Below the pieces are notes generated by a model that searched no databases, was not told the origin of the DNA, and saw only the letters and a program-made list of their open reading frames with translations. A stretch of DNA of 64,000 bases. Source: Eledone cirrhosa (lineage: Eukaryota). The first letter of the stretch is position 1. Each line of letters begins with the position of its first letter. The stretch covers positions 157,108,001 through 157,172,000 of the forward strand of contig OZ024742.1 of assembly GCA_964016885.1 (NCBI GenBank), written 5' to 3'. A program made the position numbers and the translations under genes. Below, piece after piece: positions 11,905-22,945 of the stretch.

Positions 11905-13422
11905 TCATCTTACAGACCCACACTCCCCCCGGCCTGAACTCCCCACCCTTATTCCTTTAGCGTTCGACCGCCCCCTCCCCCACTTATCCCCCACTAACAC
12001 CACTAACACACCCCTCCTTTTCACCGCCCACCCCACACTAACAATACTAACACCTCCACTCCACCCCTCATCTGACCACCCTTCCCCAACTAACATACTA
12101 ACATCCCTTCCCTCCCCTCTTCTCCTCCTCCCCCTCCTTATCACACGCACACACTTACACCACCCACCCCACACGCAACTAACATCACTAACACCCTCCA
12201 ACCCCACGCACACGTACCCACACACCCTCGTACACCACCAACTCTACACACCCAACCCCCACTAACCCCCACTCACACCTGCATTCCACCCCTCCCCACC
12301 TCCCGTCTACTAACACCCACTAACACCTCCTCACCAAACTACACACACACTAGTACACCACACTCCCTCCATAGAACCACACACACCCTTCTCTCCCCAC
12401 TCCACACTCACTCATCCCACTAACACCCCTACTAATACACACACACACATACACACACACACACACACCCTCTTCACTCCAACTCTCACACCTACCCATC
12501 CTCGCCTCCCTACCATTCCGCTGACTGCTGCTATGCCCTTCCGACCACTGTCTCAGCACCAACTGACCACAGCACTTCCACTGCTGACCACTTCCTGTTG
12601 CGCGCGCACCCCACATCTCTCCTCTTCCGACCACCGCTTCTTGGATTACCCACACGCGTTTTGACTTCCAACCAAAATCTCCATACATCCGTGTAACTTA
12701 CCACTTTCAACCATCCTCTAACACCATCACCTATATAACTCACCCACACACACATCCCAAAACAAATTTTTTTTATCCACACGCCACCCACACCCAAAAC
12801 ACGCTTAAACCACACACACGTGCTTCCCACCACATATTTACACCCTCAGCCCCCTGATCCTCTCCCCCCACCCCCTATCCACACACGCACAGACCCTCCG
12901 ACACACAAAAACACCCCCCACACACACCTTCCTGAACATGCAACCCCGTTCTTCCCCCAACCCTCACTTTCACATACACACACACACACACACACGCACA
13001 CCTAACCACACACACCACCTTCAGCCCTCCCCGCTCGGACACCCCGTCTCCCTCTCCCCACTCCACCCGCCTCCACGTCTACTCACCCCACACCCTTCCA
13101 CCACCTGTTTACCCCCCTTTTAATTTCAGTTTATTTTGATCATGCCTTTATTTTTAAATGTTCTCATTCCTTGTATTTTGATCATGCTTTATTTTTATTT
13201 ATTATTTATTATATTTTTGTCTTTATCTGTTAATTTTTCATTCGCACCGTTTCCTTTCGCTATATGTCTCTCCACCACTCCCCTACACACCTTTTGAACT
13301 CTCACCTGAAGAAGGGCTTATGCCCGAAACGTCGTCCTCCACCTACCCCCACTCTCCTGAGCGTGAATTTAATAAACATTTGTCGTACTGCCTCTCTGTT
13401 CTGTCCCTGTTCAATTTTTCAC

Positions 13423-13425
<3 letters not shown>
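11903..13425 (+). mobile_element. C/A-rich low-complexity probable PLE 3' UTR and pLTR
   Basis: About 1.2 kb CA/CCC-rich tract, then an HHR-like core at 13306, AATAAA at about 13371 and a short tail into (TA)n. Confidence 0.5.
13301..13337 (+). ncRNA. Minimal hammerhead core with weak stem I
   Basis: CTGAAGA-A-GGGC-ttat-GCCC-GAAA-CG-TC, typical of minimal PLE HHRs. Confidence 0.65.
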
Positions 13426-13481
<56 letters not shown>

Positions 13482-13512
13482 TAATAAATGGAAGCTATAT
13501 TTGTAAAACCAT

Positions 13513-13580
13513 ATTTATGTTATTATATATATTTCAAGGGCGACCAAGCAAAACTTGGTGCGCTTTCATCAGATAAAATA
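13513..13580 (-). ncRNA. Type I hammerhead in a small (about 250 bp) TA-flanked insert
   Basis: rc: TATTTTAT-CTGATGA-AAGCGCACCAAG-ttttg-CTTGGTCGCCCTT-GAAA-TATATA-TA-ATAACATA. Confidence 0.75.
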
Positions 13581-13852
13581 GAAAATGTGTTTTATAAATA
13601 ATGATATACCCCTGGAAATCACTCCTTAACGGTCCGAAAATTCGCTGGATAGTGGAACCTTATTATGGTTAATTCAAAGTTATGTGTGAATATGCAAATA
13701 AATATATGAAAAATTGAAAAAAAAAAAATATATATATATATAGTAATAATAATAAATTTCAAGACTAAAATCCAAAGAAGGCTCGATAAGAATAAATATA
13801 TATCGAATATATAAGAACCGTAGAGCAAATATTTATTAAAATAACAGATTAA

Positions 13853-13903
13853 AGTTTAAGCAAAGAATCGCTGCTTTCACCCTTAACGGGATCTTCTGAA
13901 ACT
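13853..13903 (-). ncRNA. Hammerhead-like motif with CAGAAGA core (U4A)
   Basis: rc: AGTTT-CAGAAGA-T-CCC-gttaa-GGG-T-GAAA-GCA-gcgattctt-TGC-TT-AAACT. Confidence 0.6.
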
Positions 13904-14869
13904 AACAAAGTCAATCTGTAAACGCAGAAGTGGATATTTAAAAAAACCTTGCAAGCGGAGGAAGACAGGAAGACGATACTTTGGTTCGTGGAAAACGTTC
14001 GCTGGCAAAGAACGGGGAAAAAACGAATAAGATACGTCATAATAGGAGCGGTAAAAAACAATTACGCGCAAAGACAGAACCACGTTTATGGTATAAAAGA
14101 GGTCGTAGACTAATGTTCTCTTAGGTGGTTCATAGAGACGTTCTCTGGCAATGAACGAAAAAAACGAAGATAATACGTCATATGTGGAGCGTGGAGAACA
14201 ATAGCACGCACAGACAAAACCACATAAATGGTATAGCAGAAGTCGTAGACTAAAATTCTAACTAGGGGACCGAATGAATCTCCGCTACAGAGTTAAGAAC
14301 AAAGTAATTAAATACAATACAGAAGTAATAGAAATAAATAAATACATACACGCAAACAATTACGTACATACACAAGCATACGCAAAACACTTACCATAGG
14401 TATACAAAACCACGCACATATAAATATGTGTGTGTGTGTGTATGCGTATATACAAATAAATATATAATTATATACACGTATATAAATAGATAAATACGTA
14501 TATAACAAGCGCACACACATACCTACATGTAAATACCCGAATGTTCGGAGACGTAAGTCATCCAAAACATGAAGTACACATATACACACACCCTACATAC
14601 GTTCGAACCTGCATACTCACACAGACGCAAAACTCCCGTATACACATAGCCAAACCATATGTACCAGAATAAAAAAAATAAAAATATGATACGCCATAAC
14701 ATAAACAATCAAATATACGTACGAGAAGGTATACGTAACTTCACGAAACATACGGGTAATATATATTTACCTATGCAAATAAGTAATGGTATAAACAAAA
14801 CATATACTTAGCTCCCACATCAAGACGTAAAATATCCACGTATAGATCGTACTATCCGTAGGGTATAAC

Positions 14870-16966
14870 GTGGGGCTGTAATACAGGAAAGTTTTGTGCA
14901 ATTTATGTTTACAAGCCGAAATTGCCTCAGATTTTTTGTTTAAGATGTGACTTTGGCGTAGAGTATTTCCAGGGCCTCAGCGGCGCAGAGGTCACATGGT
15001 ATTTTATTTCCGTTATATGATCTAGCCCTAGCTAGGATCTCCCAGTGTAACTTATATTGGGTGTCGTTGTCTTTTAGACTCCAGATACAAGCTGAAAGTG
15101 ACGTCATATTCCTTCTTAGAGGGTAACGAAAAGAATGGGTATGCGTGTAAAGACGCTGCTTGAATCTATTGGCGGTTAACCCTATGTAGGCCCTACGGGA
15201 CGTGGGTGTTAAAACCTTACATTTGTAGACAATGTTACTAGAGAGGCATTTCCCGGAGAGGGGGCAATCAACCCGATTCCTACAATTACAGTTAGTACTA
15301 ACTACAGGGTTGCACGTGTTCCTACGGCTAGGTAGTTTAGCTCAATTTGAAGCTGTGATGTTATGTGCAAGGTTAGGAGTCGTATAGTAAGTAATTTTAA
15401 TAGTATTTCTATTAAAAATGTTACTATATTTATGTGTAGGGGGAAAATGCTTCGTAATAAGGGAAAGAAAGATCTTAGCTATTGGTGTGGCCACCTCCAT
15501 ATTATATGGTGGGTTATACCAACAAATGCGACGGGATCTATTTCTTCTAGGTCTATTTTCGTACTCTGTATAAGCTACCTTATCGACAAATCCACTTCGA
15601 CCAAGAGCTTCATTGTAATAAGTGGAATGGTCGTTGAAAATACTCTCGTTGGTGGAAAGACGGGAAAGCCTCAACGAAACGTTTCTTACCAGGTTCTTGG
15701 TTATGCTGGCAGGATGGTTGGAATGCTTACTTATGTAATTAAGCGTATCATTCGGCTTTCTATACGGGTAATACACCAATTCAGTAAATAGAGTGTAACG
15801 TCAAGGTAATTAACGACCGAGAGATTGGCCTCAACCTGTATAGAGAGGTTGAAGCCTTTAAAGAAGGCTGTGAGTTCTTTTCTGAACCGGTCGCAAGCAC
15901 GAGGTCCGCATTTAGTCATGGTCAAACGGTACAAATCACTGCCCGAGTTGGGGAATTCGTCCTTGATAGAGAAAAGAAGGAAAAGGCCGATAGGATCAGT
16001 AACCTCCGAAGAATCACTGGCGCCCATACTCACGTCGAATGGGGTACTATTGGATTTTTTAATCCAAATAGAGTCGTCGAAATTAATCACAGACTTTCGG
16101 GCAATAAGGATGACATCAACTTCGAAATCCTTAACCACTGTGAGTGTTTTAGCGAAATTGATAGCTCTAAGGAGAAGTGGTAAAGTGATGGAGGAGTAGT
16201 AATTGTTGATGTCGAATTGGATAAAACGGCAATCTTCCTTGTTACATATGCCGTTGAACCAATCAATCACCGCGAAAGAATTGTTCCACACTGCAAGAGG
16301 GGCAAACCTTCTAATTTCAGGTATAATTCTATCTAAAATCCTTTTACTAAGTCTACCTAAATCGGACTTCGTAGGGTTAATAAGCCGAATAGAGGGGTTG
16401 TTCGGAAAATTGGATTTGTGATCTTTCAGGGTAAAGTGGGGAGAAATAGGGTCCAGAGGTTCGGTCCGGTCCAGGATGTTGAGATCAGATGTGATTTTAA
16501 ACCCAGCATCGTTGATTTCATTAATGACGCACCGATTAGTTTTACGGTAATCCTTAGTTACAGCATTATGTAGTAGTTGATGGTAAGTACTGCGCTCCAC
16601 TTGATATAGGTTGCCAGTTTTGTCGGAATGGACGTGCACGGTATTAGAATCCTTAATAGAACGAATTCTATTCTTCAGGTCCTGCTGGAAGGAATTGCTC
16701 CTATTCCGAAATTTGATACTCCGAATGAGTTCCAAGACATCATTTTCGAAGGGTAGCAATGCTGGGTTACACGGGGGGTTATTATAGGTTTTAAATCCAA
16801 ATTGATCCTGTTTGTTGTCATCTTTTCGCGTGTTATCGAAATAAATGACACGCCAACGCAACCTTTTAATGAACGCGTCTGTTTTCTGTATCAGGAGTTT
16901 TAGGTATGTTTTCCTGCTTGGTACGGGCATGTTTTTTGTAGAAACATTCAGATGTTGTTTCTGCAT
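14870..16966 (-). pseudogene. PLE RT plus GIY-YIG polyprotein, disrupted
   Basis: TLKDHK..F.NNPSIRLINPTKS, FIQFDINNYY, MGASDSSEV, NYLDVTL, WYNPPY. After an internal TGA: CNCRNRVDCPLSGKCLSSNIVYKC...YIGLT...CDLC. Confidence 0.9.
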
Positions 16967-17076
16967 GATGAATATAAGTCCGTAGAGTGCTCAACCGAGG
17001 GAGCCAAATAGTAATAATAATAAGTTTCAAGACTAAAATCCAAAGAGGGCTCGATAAGGATAAATATATATCAAAT

Positions 17077-17380
17077 CAACATACGTTAACCTTGGTCTTC
17101 CTCTTCTAGTGTGTCCATGTAGGGGCTCCCAAAGGAGTCCTGAGTGCAATGTCAAATCTGGATGTCGGTGAGCATGTCCAACTAACCTCAGTCTCTGCTG
17201 TGTCACTTTTGAGCTGACTTTTGGGATGCTCCCATACCGCTCTGAGTATGTTGATGCCCTAAGGACAGACACTGGTCTGTTGGAGACGCAGGACATGGCA
17301 GCGATAATGAGGGACAGAGACCGCTGGAGAGAACTCGTCCATGGATCTCTGGAATTTTACCCACCTTAGATAGATAGATA
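17077..17380 (+). mobile_element. RTE-type LINE 3' fragment with 5' inversion, nested in the PLE 5' region
   Basis: 17247-17368 sense (YVDALRTDTG...MRDRDRWRELV) with a (TAGA)n tail. 17077-17247 inverted. TSD ATATATCAAAT at 17066-17076 and 17378-17388. Confidence 0.8.
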
Positions 17381-17887
17381 TATCAAATATATAAGAACCG
17401 TAGAGCAAATATTTATAAAAATAACAGATTAAACTTTAAGCAAAGAATAGCTGCTTTCACCCTTAACGGGATTATTGTATTTATTTACTTTGTTCTAAAC
17501 TCTGTAGCGGAGATTCATTCTGTCTCCTAGTTAGAATTTTAGTCTACGACTTCTGCTATACCATTTATGTGGTTTTGTCTTTGCGTGCTATTGTTCTCCA
17601 CGCTCCACATATGACGTATTATCTTCGTTTTTTTCGTTCATTGCCAGAGGACGTCTCTATGAACTACCTAAGAGAACATTAGTCTACGATCTCTTTTATA
17701 TCATAAACGTGGTTCTGTCTTTGCGCGTAATTGTTTTTCACCGCTCCTATTATGACGTATCTTATTCGTTTTTTTCCGTTCTTTGCCATCGAACGTTTTC
17801 CACGAACCAAAGTATCGTCTTCCTGTCTTCCTCCGGTTGAAAGGTTTTTTTAAATATCCACTTCTGCGTTTACAGATTGACTTTGTT

Positions 17888-17938
17888 AGTTTCAGAAGAT
17901 CCCGTTAAGGGTGAAAGCAGCGATTCTTTGCTTAAACT
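17888..17938 (+). ncRNA. Hammerhead-like motif with CAGAAGA core (inverted pLTR copy)
   Basis: Identical to the 13853-13903 motif. Confidence 0.6.
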
Positions 17939-17958
17939 TTAATCTGTTATTTTAATAA

Positions 17959-17997
<39 letters not shown>

Positions 17998-18003
<6 letters not shown>

Positions 18004-18219
18004 TAAAAAAATAATGAATAAAACAATGAAACAGTTCCTTATATTAAACAAAAAAAGTTCATTATTTAACGATCGTTTCTAGGATATATATGTGTTAGAA
18101 TTGGCATGCATATTCATCGAAAGTGATTTTTCATTGCATCTCTTCTTTCCATGATATCCGGACTACATTGAGTTCTTCATACGGATTGGACACTACCGTA
18201 AACTCTTGGTAGATTTATC

Positions 18220-18222
<3 letters not shown>
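17998..18222 (+). mobile_element. Mini insertion of PLE family B: inverted pLTR piece plus 3' tail
   Basis: 17998-18116 matches 40518-40636, and 18117-18222 matches 47886-47991. (TA)n on both sides. Confidence 0.85.
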
Positions 18223-18250
<28 letters not shown>

Positions 18251-18545
18251 CTAAGGCGGGTAAAATTCCCGAGATCCATGGACGAGTTCTCTCCAGCGGT
18301 CTCTGTCCCTCATTATCGCTGCCATATCCTGCATCTCCAACAGACCAGTGTCAGTCCTTAGGGCATCAACATATGTTAACCTTGGTCTTCCCCTTGTAGT
18401 GTGTCCATGTAGGGGCTCCCAAAGGAGCACTGAGTGCAATGTCAACTCTGGATGTCGGTGAGCATGTCCAGCCAACCTCAGTCTCCTCTGTGTCACATTT
18501 GAGCTGACTTTTGGGATGCTCCCATACAGCTCTGAGTTTTTCATA
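18251..18545 (-). mobile_element. RTE-type LINE 3' fragment
   Basis: RRLRLAGHAHRH...LLWEPLHG...RGRPRLTYVD...DRDRWRELV, a typical RTE-clade ORF C-terminus. Confidence 0.8.
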
Positions 18546-18721
18546 CTCAGTGTATACTGATTAATGTATATATATATATAGTATATATATATATATATAG
18601 TATATATATATATATAGTATATATATATATATAGTATAAAAACGAAAAATCAGTGATGCATTATTGAGTGGTAATTTTGGTATACCGCCTATGGAAGCAC
18701 CATAGCTGCCATTATACACAC

Positions 18722-18813
<92 letters not shown>

Positions 18814-19073
18814 CATAGATAGACAGACAGATAAAGAGATAGGTAGATATGTGTATTTGTATTGCGAGCTTCCAGGCAATTTTCCTCAATCCGATTTCAA
18901 TCAATAACTATTTTTCCATCGGTGAAACTTACTGAAGATAAAAAGTGGTGAAATTCAAACCGGTACTCCGTTGTTAAGAATCATTCACCGTAACCTTTTA
19001 GCTTTGTCAGTGCTTAATCTCATAAATATCAAAGATTTATATATCTTAACTTGAGACGTTTACCTCAGTAATA

Positions 19074-19544
19074 CGGGGTGGGCCCCAACAATCTCCCACA
19101 TTTTGAAGGGATATAAAAAAGAACAGAAATATCTGAAAGAAAACATTATACATTATGTCTCCGACTTCATATCCCTAAAGCTATGCCTACGCACTGAAAG
19201 CTTTGGCCATTGGTTAATGCATGCTGCCACATTTTCTGGAGTTCTAACGGTCCTAGGTCTGCAAGGTGAGTTTCTTTTCAGTCTGGATCCAGTTGCTTGT
19301 AGGTTAAAAATAAACCAAAACAAATGCATTTGGACAGAGCGTGAAGTGTCTACGTAGGGCTCTCTGCGTCGCTATTAGATAATGTTTGTTTTCATAATAC
19401 TCTTGAATAACAAAGCCACGATATTCACCGCTTCATGGGTAGTTAAAATGTTAGAGCCTATCCTACCGAATGGGACATGCTGTGCCCCTATACCACCAAT
19501 ACCCTGTCCACTCTAAATGTGGGGGAACTTTATGCTCCACCCTG
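19074..19544 (-). mobile_element. Internally deleted Tc1/mariner-superfamily DNA transposon
   Basis: Decayed TIRs TA|CGGGGTGG...CCACCCTG|TA. rc translates to SGEYRGFVIQEYYEN...ATQRALRRHF and ATGSRLKRNSPCRPRTVRTPENVAA (transposase N-terminal HTH region). Confidence 0.7.
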
Positions 19545-20254
19545 TATAATAATGCATTTTCAAAATCTTGACTGGCATAGTATTACGTTCGCGATTACAA
19601 AAACAAGATGAAATGTTACACTAATGGGAAACAAATGAAAAGTATTTCTGTTTAAGTTGATTACTTCAGTTATAAAAGGTATAATTGTAATAGCGGACAC
19701 ATTCATAACCGAGTCTTCACTATAATTTTTGTTATGTGTTAGGTTCTGTTTGTCACCACCAATGGTACTCTGTTATAGGAAATATGTTTTCATATATATT
19801 TTACAGGTAAACGAAACAAATTCAGTACACTGCCAAATCTTCTGAGACCTATAGCGTAAAGCAGGCAAGTTTCCAGACCAATACTGATTATTCATGCTAG
19901 AATAGACATACAAACCCCAGGAGAAATTAACAAATTGCAATAATTTGTCTGAAAAACTAAAAAAATATGTATTCTTGCAGACGATCACGTATACATATAG
20001 GTATATATACGCACAAGCATGACTATATACGTGGATGTGTACATATTGCAGCTGCTATATTTATAAAACAAATTGGCTTTTTACACATGTGGTGTTGAAA
20101 AGAAGAACCATTTATTGAATGTGATTTCCCAAACTCATTAATATTTATGACATTACTTTCATAAAAATAAGTCTATATGCCAGTGCTCAAATCATGGTTG
20201 GAACTGAAAAACAATACGCTGTATTACAGAAAGTAAACCTTCAGACACGTAACC

Positions 20255-20308
<54 letters not shown>

Positions 20309-20420
20309 GAGTTCAAATCCCGCCGAGGTTAACTTTGCCTTTCATCCTTACAGGGTCGATAAAATAAAGTACCAGTAATGTACTGGGTAATTGCTGGCCT
20401 TGTGCCTAAAGTAGAAATAA
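20309..20420 (+). mobile_element. SINE, 5' truncated, in (TTA)n
   Basis: GAGTTCAAATCCCGCCGAGGTTAACTTTGCCTTTCATCCTTACAGGGTCGATAAAATAAAGTACCAG. Confidence 0.85.
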
Positions 20421-20649
20421 TAATAATAATAATTATTATTATTATCATTTTTATTTTCTTTCATTATTGTTTCTGAGTTATATGCCGAGTGTCTTCCTGA
20501 CACCTAGGGCAAATAAATTCACAGTGTGCATTGGTAAGTCAGTTAATACAGCATATTGATTATAATTAAAATAAAAAAAAAACAGTATATATATATATAT
20601 ACACATGTGCATATGCATATGTAATTACAAGGAGCGATATCCATGTTAC

Positions 20650-21035
20650 AGTGCTAGTGCTCTTCTCAATACGTGTGCAGTACCAGTCAAAACAATGTTT
20701 TGCACCTCGTGCAGAGAGGGTAAACCATTCGCAAATATTGTTCTGTTCCTTTCTTGATCAATACCAGTCCTCCCACAATCACTGGTATTGTAACGCCCTT
20801 GATGTACCACATTTTCTCAATTTCAATAAGCAGATCTTTATATTTTCTTAGCTTGTCAAATTCTTTTGCCGTGATATTATGATCACATGGGATGCTCATA
20901 TCTATCAACAAATATACCTTGTTAGGTTGATCTTTTATAATGATGTCAGGTCTATTTGCTTTTATGGTCCTGTCAGTATGTACAGGAAGTCCCAGAGAAT
21001 TGTTACTTTTTCTCCTTCAGTTACAGCCTCATGGA
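20650..21035 (-). pseudogene. Dong/R4 REL endonuclease fragment
   Basis: LIDMSIPCDHNITAKEFDKLRKYKDLLIEIEKMW...TIPVIVG, homologous to ORF 26671-27510. Confidence 0.8.
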
Positions 21036-21289
21036 TTCTGAGTAATATGCATATATTACTTCTTTATATTCTTCTCGTGTGCATTTCATCCTTTTAGGTT
21101 TTTCTTTTTGAGGTGGTTTGGGTGGTGGATCTGGGGGGGGCTCGAGTTGGGGCAATCCCGATCAAGTGACCATCAAGGTCCATAAATGGAGAAGGGTTTG
21201 TTCCAGAGGAGGACTTTTCGATCTCAGGTTGGCACCTTCCTGAGGGACGCACTTCCTGATTAACCATAGGAAAAGCGATTTGGTATTGT

Positions 21290-21400
21290 GTATTAATTTT
21301 TATTTGTTCATCTCGCAGTACATGCTTGCGTAACGCATGGTATTGGACGTACATGGAAAGTTGCCCGGCTCTTTGGGTAGTGCATCTGCTGGCTGGCACT
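21290..21400 (-). pseudogene. Possible decayed Neptune-type PLE Zn-knuckle linker
   Basis: rc reads PGNFPC..., then (frameshifted) CVT.KHVLRDEQIKIN. Confidence 0.3.
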
Positions 21401-22143
21401 GAGATCATTATTACTATTATAACAGTATAGTTATTGTCATTGCTGTTGTTGATTGAGGTGATATTGTTATGGTTGCAGCTGTAAGAGGTGTACGAGAATT
21501 TTCTCAACTCTTCTTGTGGTGTGAGTGGTGTTGGTGGTGGTGGAAGGGAGATTCATGCTGGGGGCTAGGGGTGCTTGTAGTGGCGGTGGGTAGGGTAACA
21601 TTGTAGCTTATAGGGGTTGCTTCTCCGGTGTTATCTTCTGTCTATTTTGAGTTTGAGGTGTACATGGTGTGCTAGTATTCTTTTTTTCTTCCTCTTTATT
21701 TTGACCTTTGTATGGGCTCCATACATATACATAGATATACATTCAATCGTGCATACTTATACACACGTATGTATATACACACATATATACCCACACATTA
21801 GAAACTGAGAAGCGATGTAGGTAGCAGTCAGTGACAGTAGTCTAAAAATAGATTGGGGATTTACTGGTGTGAATGTGTGAGGAAGTGGTTGTGAATGTGG
21901 TGGTGGGAGAGAGAGTGATCTTTCAACTGTCCATTTTCCTTTCAAAATCTGAAATTTAGCCACAATCGACAAAATGTTAAAAAAGAAAATTGTATTTGGG
22001 AAATATTTTAAAATATATATGCACCTTTCACATCTTCAGCCACAGAGATGATTGCATAATAATTAGTCGGATCTTTGATTAAACAGAACATATCCCCCGA
22101 AATAAACAGTGTTTTCCTATCTATGTTTGTTTCTTTTCTTTAA

Positions 22144-22333
22144 ATAATTGTTTCTACTTTAGGCACAAGGCCAGCAATTATCCAGTGCATTACTGGTACT
22201 TTATTTTATCTACCCCGTAAGGATGAAAGGCAAAGTCAACCTCGGCGGGATTTGAACTCAGATCGTAAAGGGACGTAACTATGCTGGAAAGCATGACGTC
22301 CGACCCTCTACCGATACTGCCAATCCACCACCC
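22144..22333 (-). mobile_element. Full-length SINE
   Basis: rc aligns end to end with 8347-8538. Confidence 0.88.
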
Positions 22334-22664
22334 TAAATAATTTCTTTAAATAATAATATGTAAGCAGCGATTGTAATGGGTAAATATATAAAAATATTTA
22401 TGCAGTTCTCACAACTAGAGTCAGATTATTTGGAGAGATAAGTGGTGAAATAATTTGTGCGATTTTCGGTTAGGAGATACCAAATTAAACAAAACTTATT
22501 CCTCGAAATAAGCAACGTGTATCGTCCGATCTACGACTGTTTCTTTCTTCAAATAGTTTTTTTCTTTAAGATCAAAGAGCAAATGTCTGTATATCTGAAG
22601 GTTTCTTTTATGTAAACTTTTCGTTGTGTTTATTTATTTATTTATTTATTATTATTATTATTAC

Positions 22665-22930
22665 GGCCCTTGCCATTCTGAGTTCAAATCCCGCCGTGGT
22701 TAACTTTGCCTTTCATCCTTACGGGGTCGATAAAATAAAGTACAATTAATGCACTGGGTAATTGCTGGCCTTGTTTCTAAAGTAGAAACAATTATTATTA
22801 CGGACCTTGCCATTGTGAGTTCAAATCCCGCCGAGGTTAACTTTGACTTTCATCATTACGGGGTCGATAATATAAAGTACCAGTAATGTACTGGTAATTG
22901 CTGGCCTTGTGCCAAAAAGTAGAAACAATT
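22665..22930 (+). mobile_element. Two tandem SINE copies
   Basis: Core repeated at about 22665-22795 and 22800-22930, separated by (TTA)n. Confidence 0.85.
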
Positions 22931-22945
22931 ATTATTATTATTATT

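Larger units (their letters stand above)
13743..17963 (-). mobile_element. Near full-length Penelope-like element (Nematis-like, family A) with partial tandem and inverted pLTRs
   Basis: ORF 16966 to about 14870, 3' UTR/pLTR 14870-13743, upstream partial pLTR 17471-16990, inverted pLTR 17472-17963. (TA)n at both ends. Confidence 0.9.

Noticed and set aside
15342-15344. In-frame TGA in the PLE ORF as possible selenocysteine
   Set aside because: The sister copy at about 52285 has TTA (Leu) here, the position is not a Cys, and no convincing SECIS was seen
18932-18960. CTGAAGA...GAAA
   Set aside because: No helices. It lies antisense in what looks like a decayed tRNA-headed SINE
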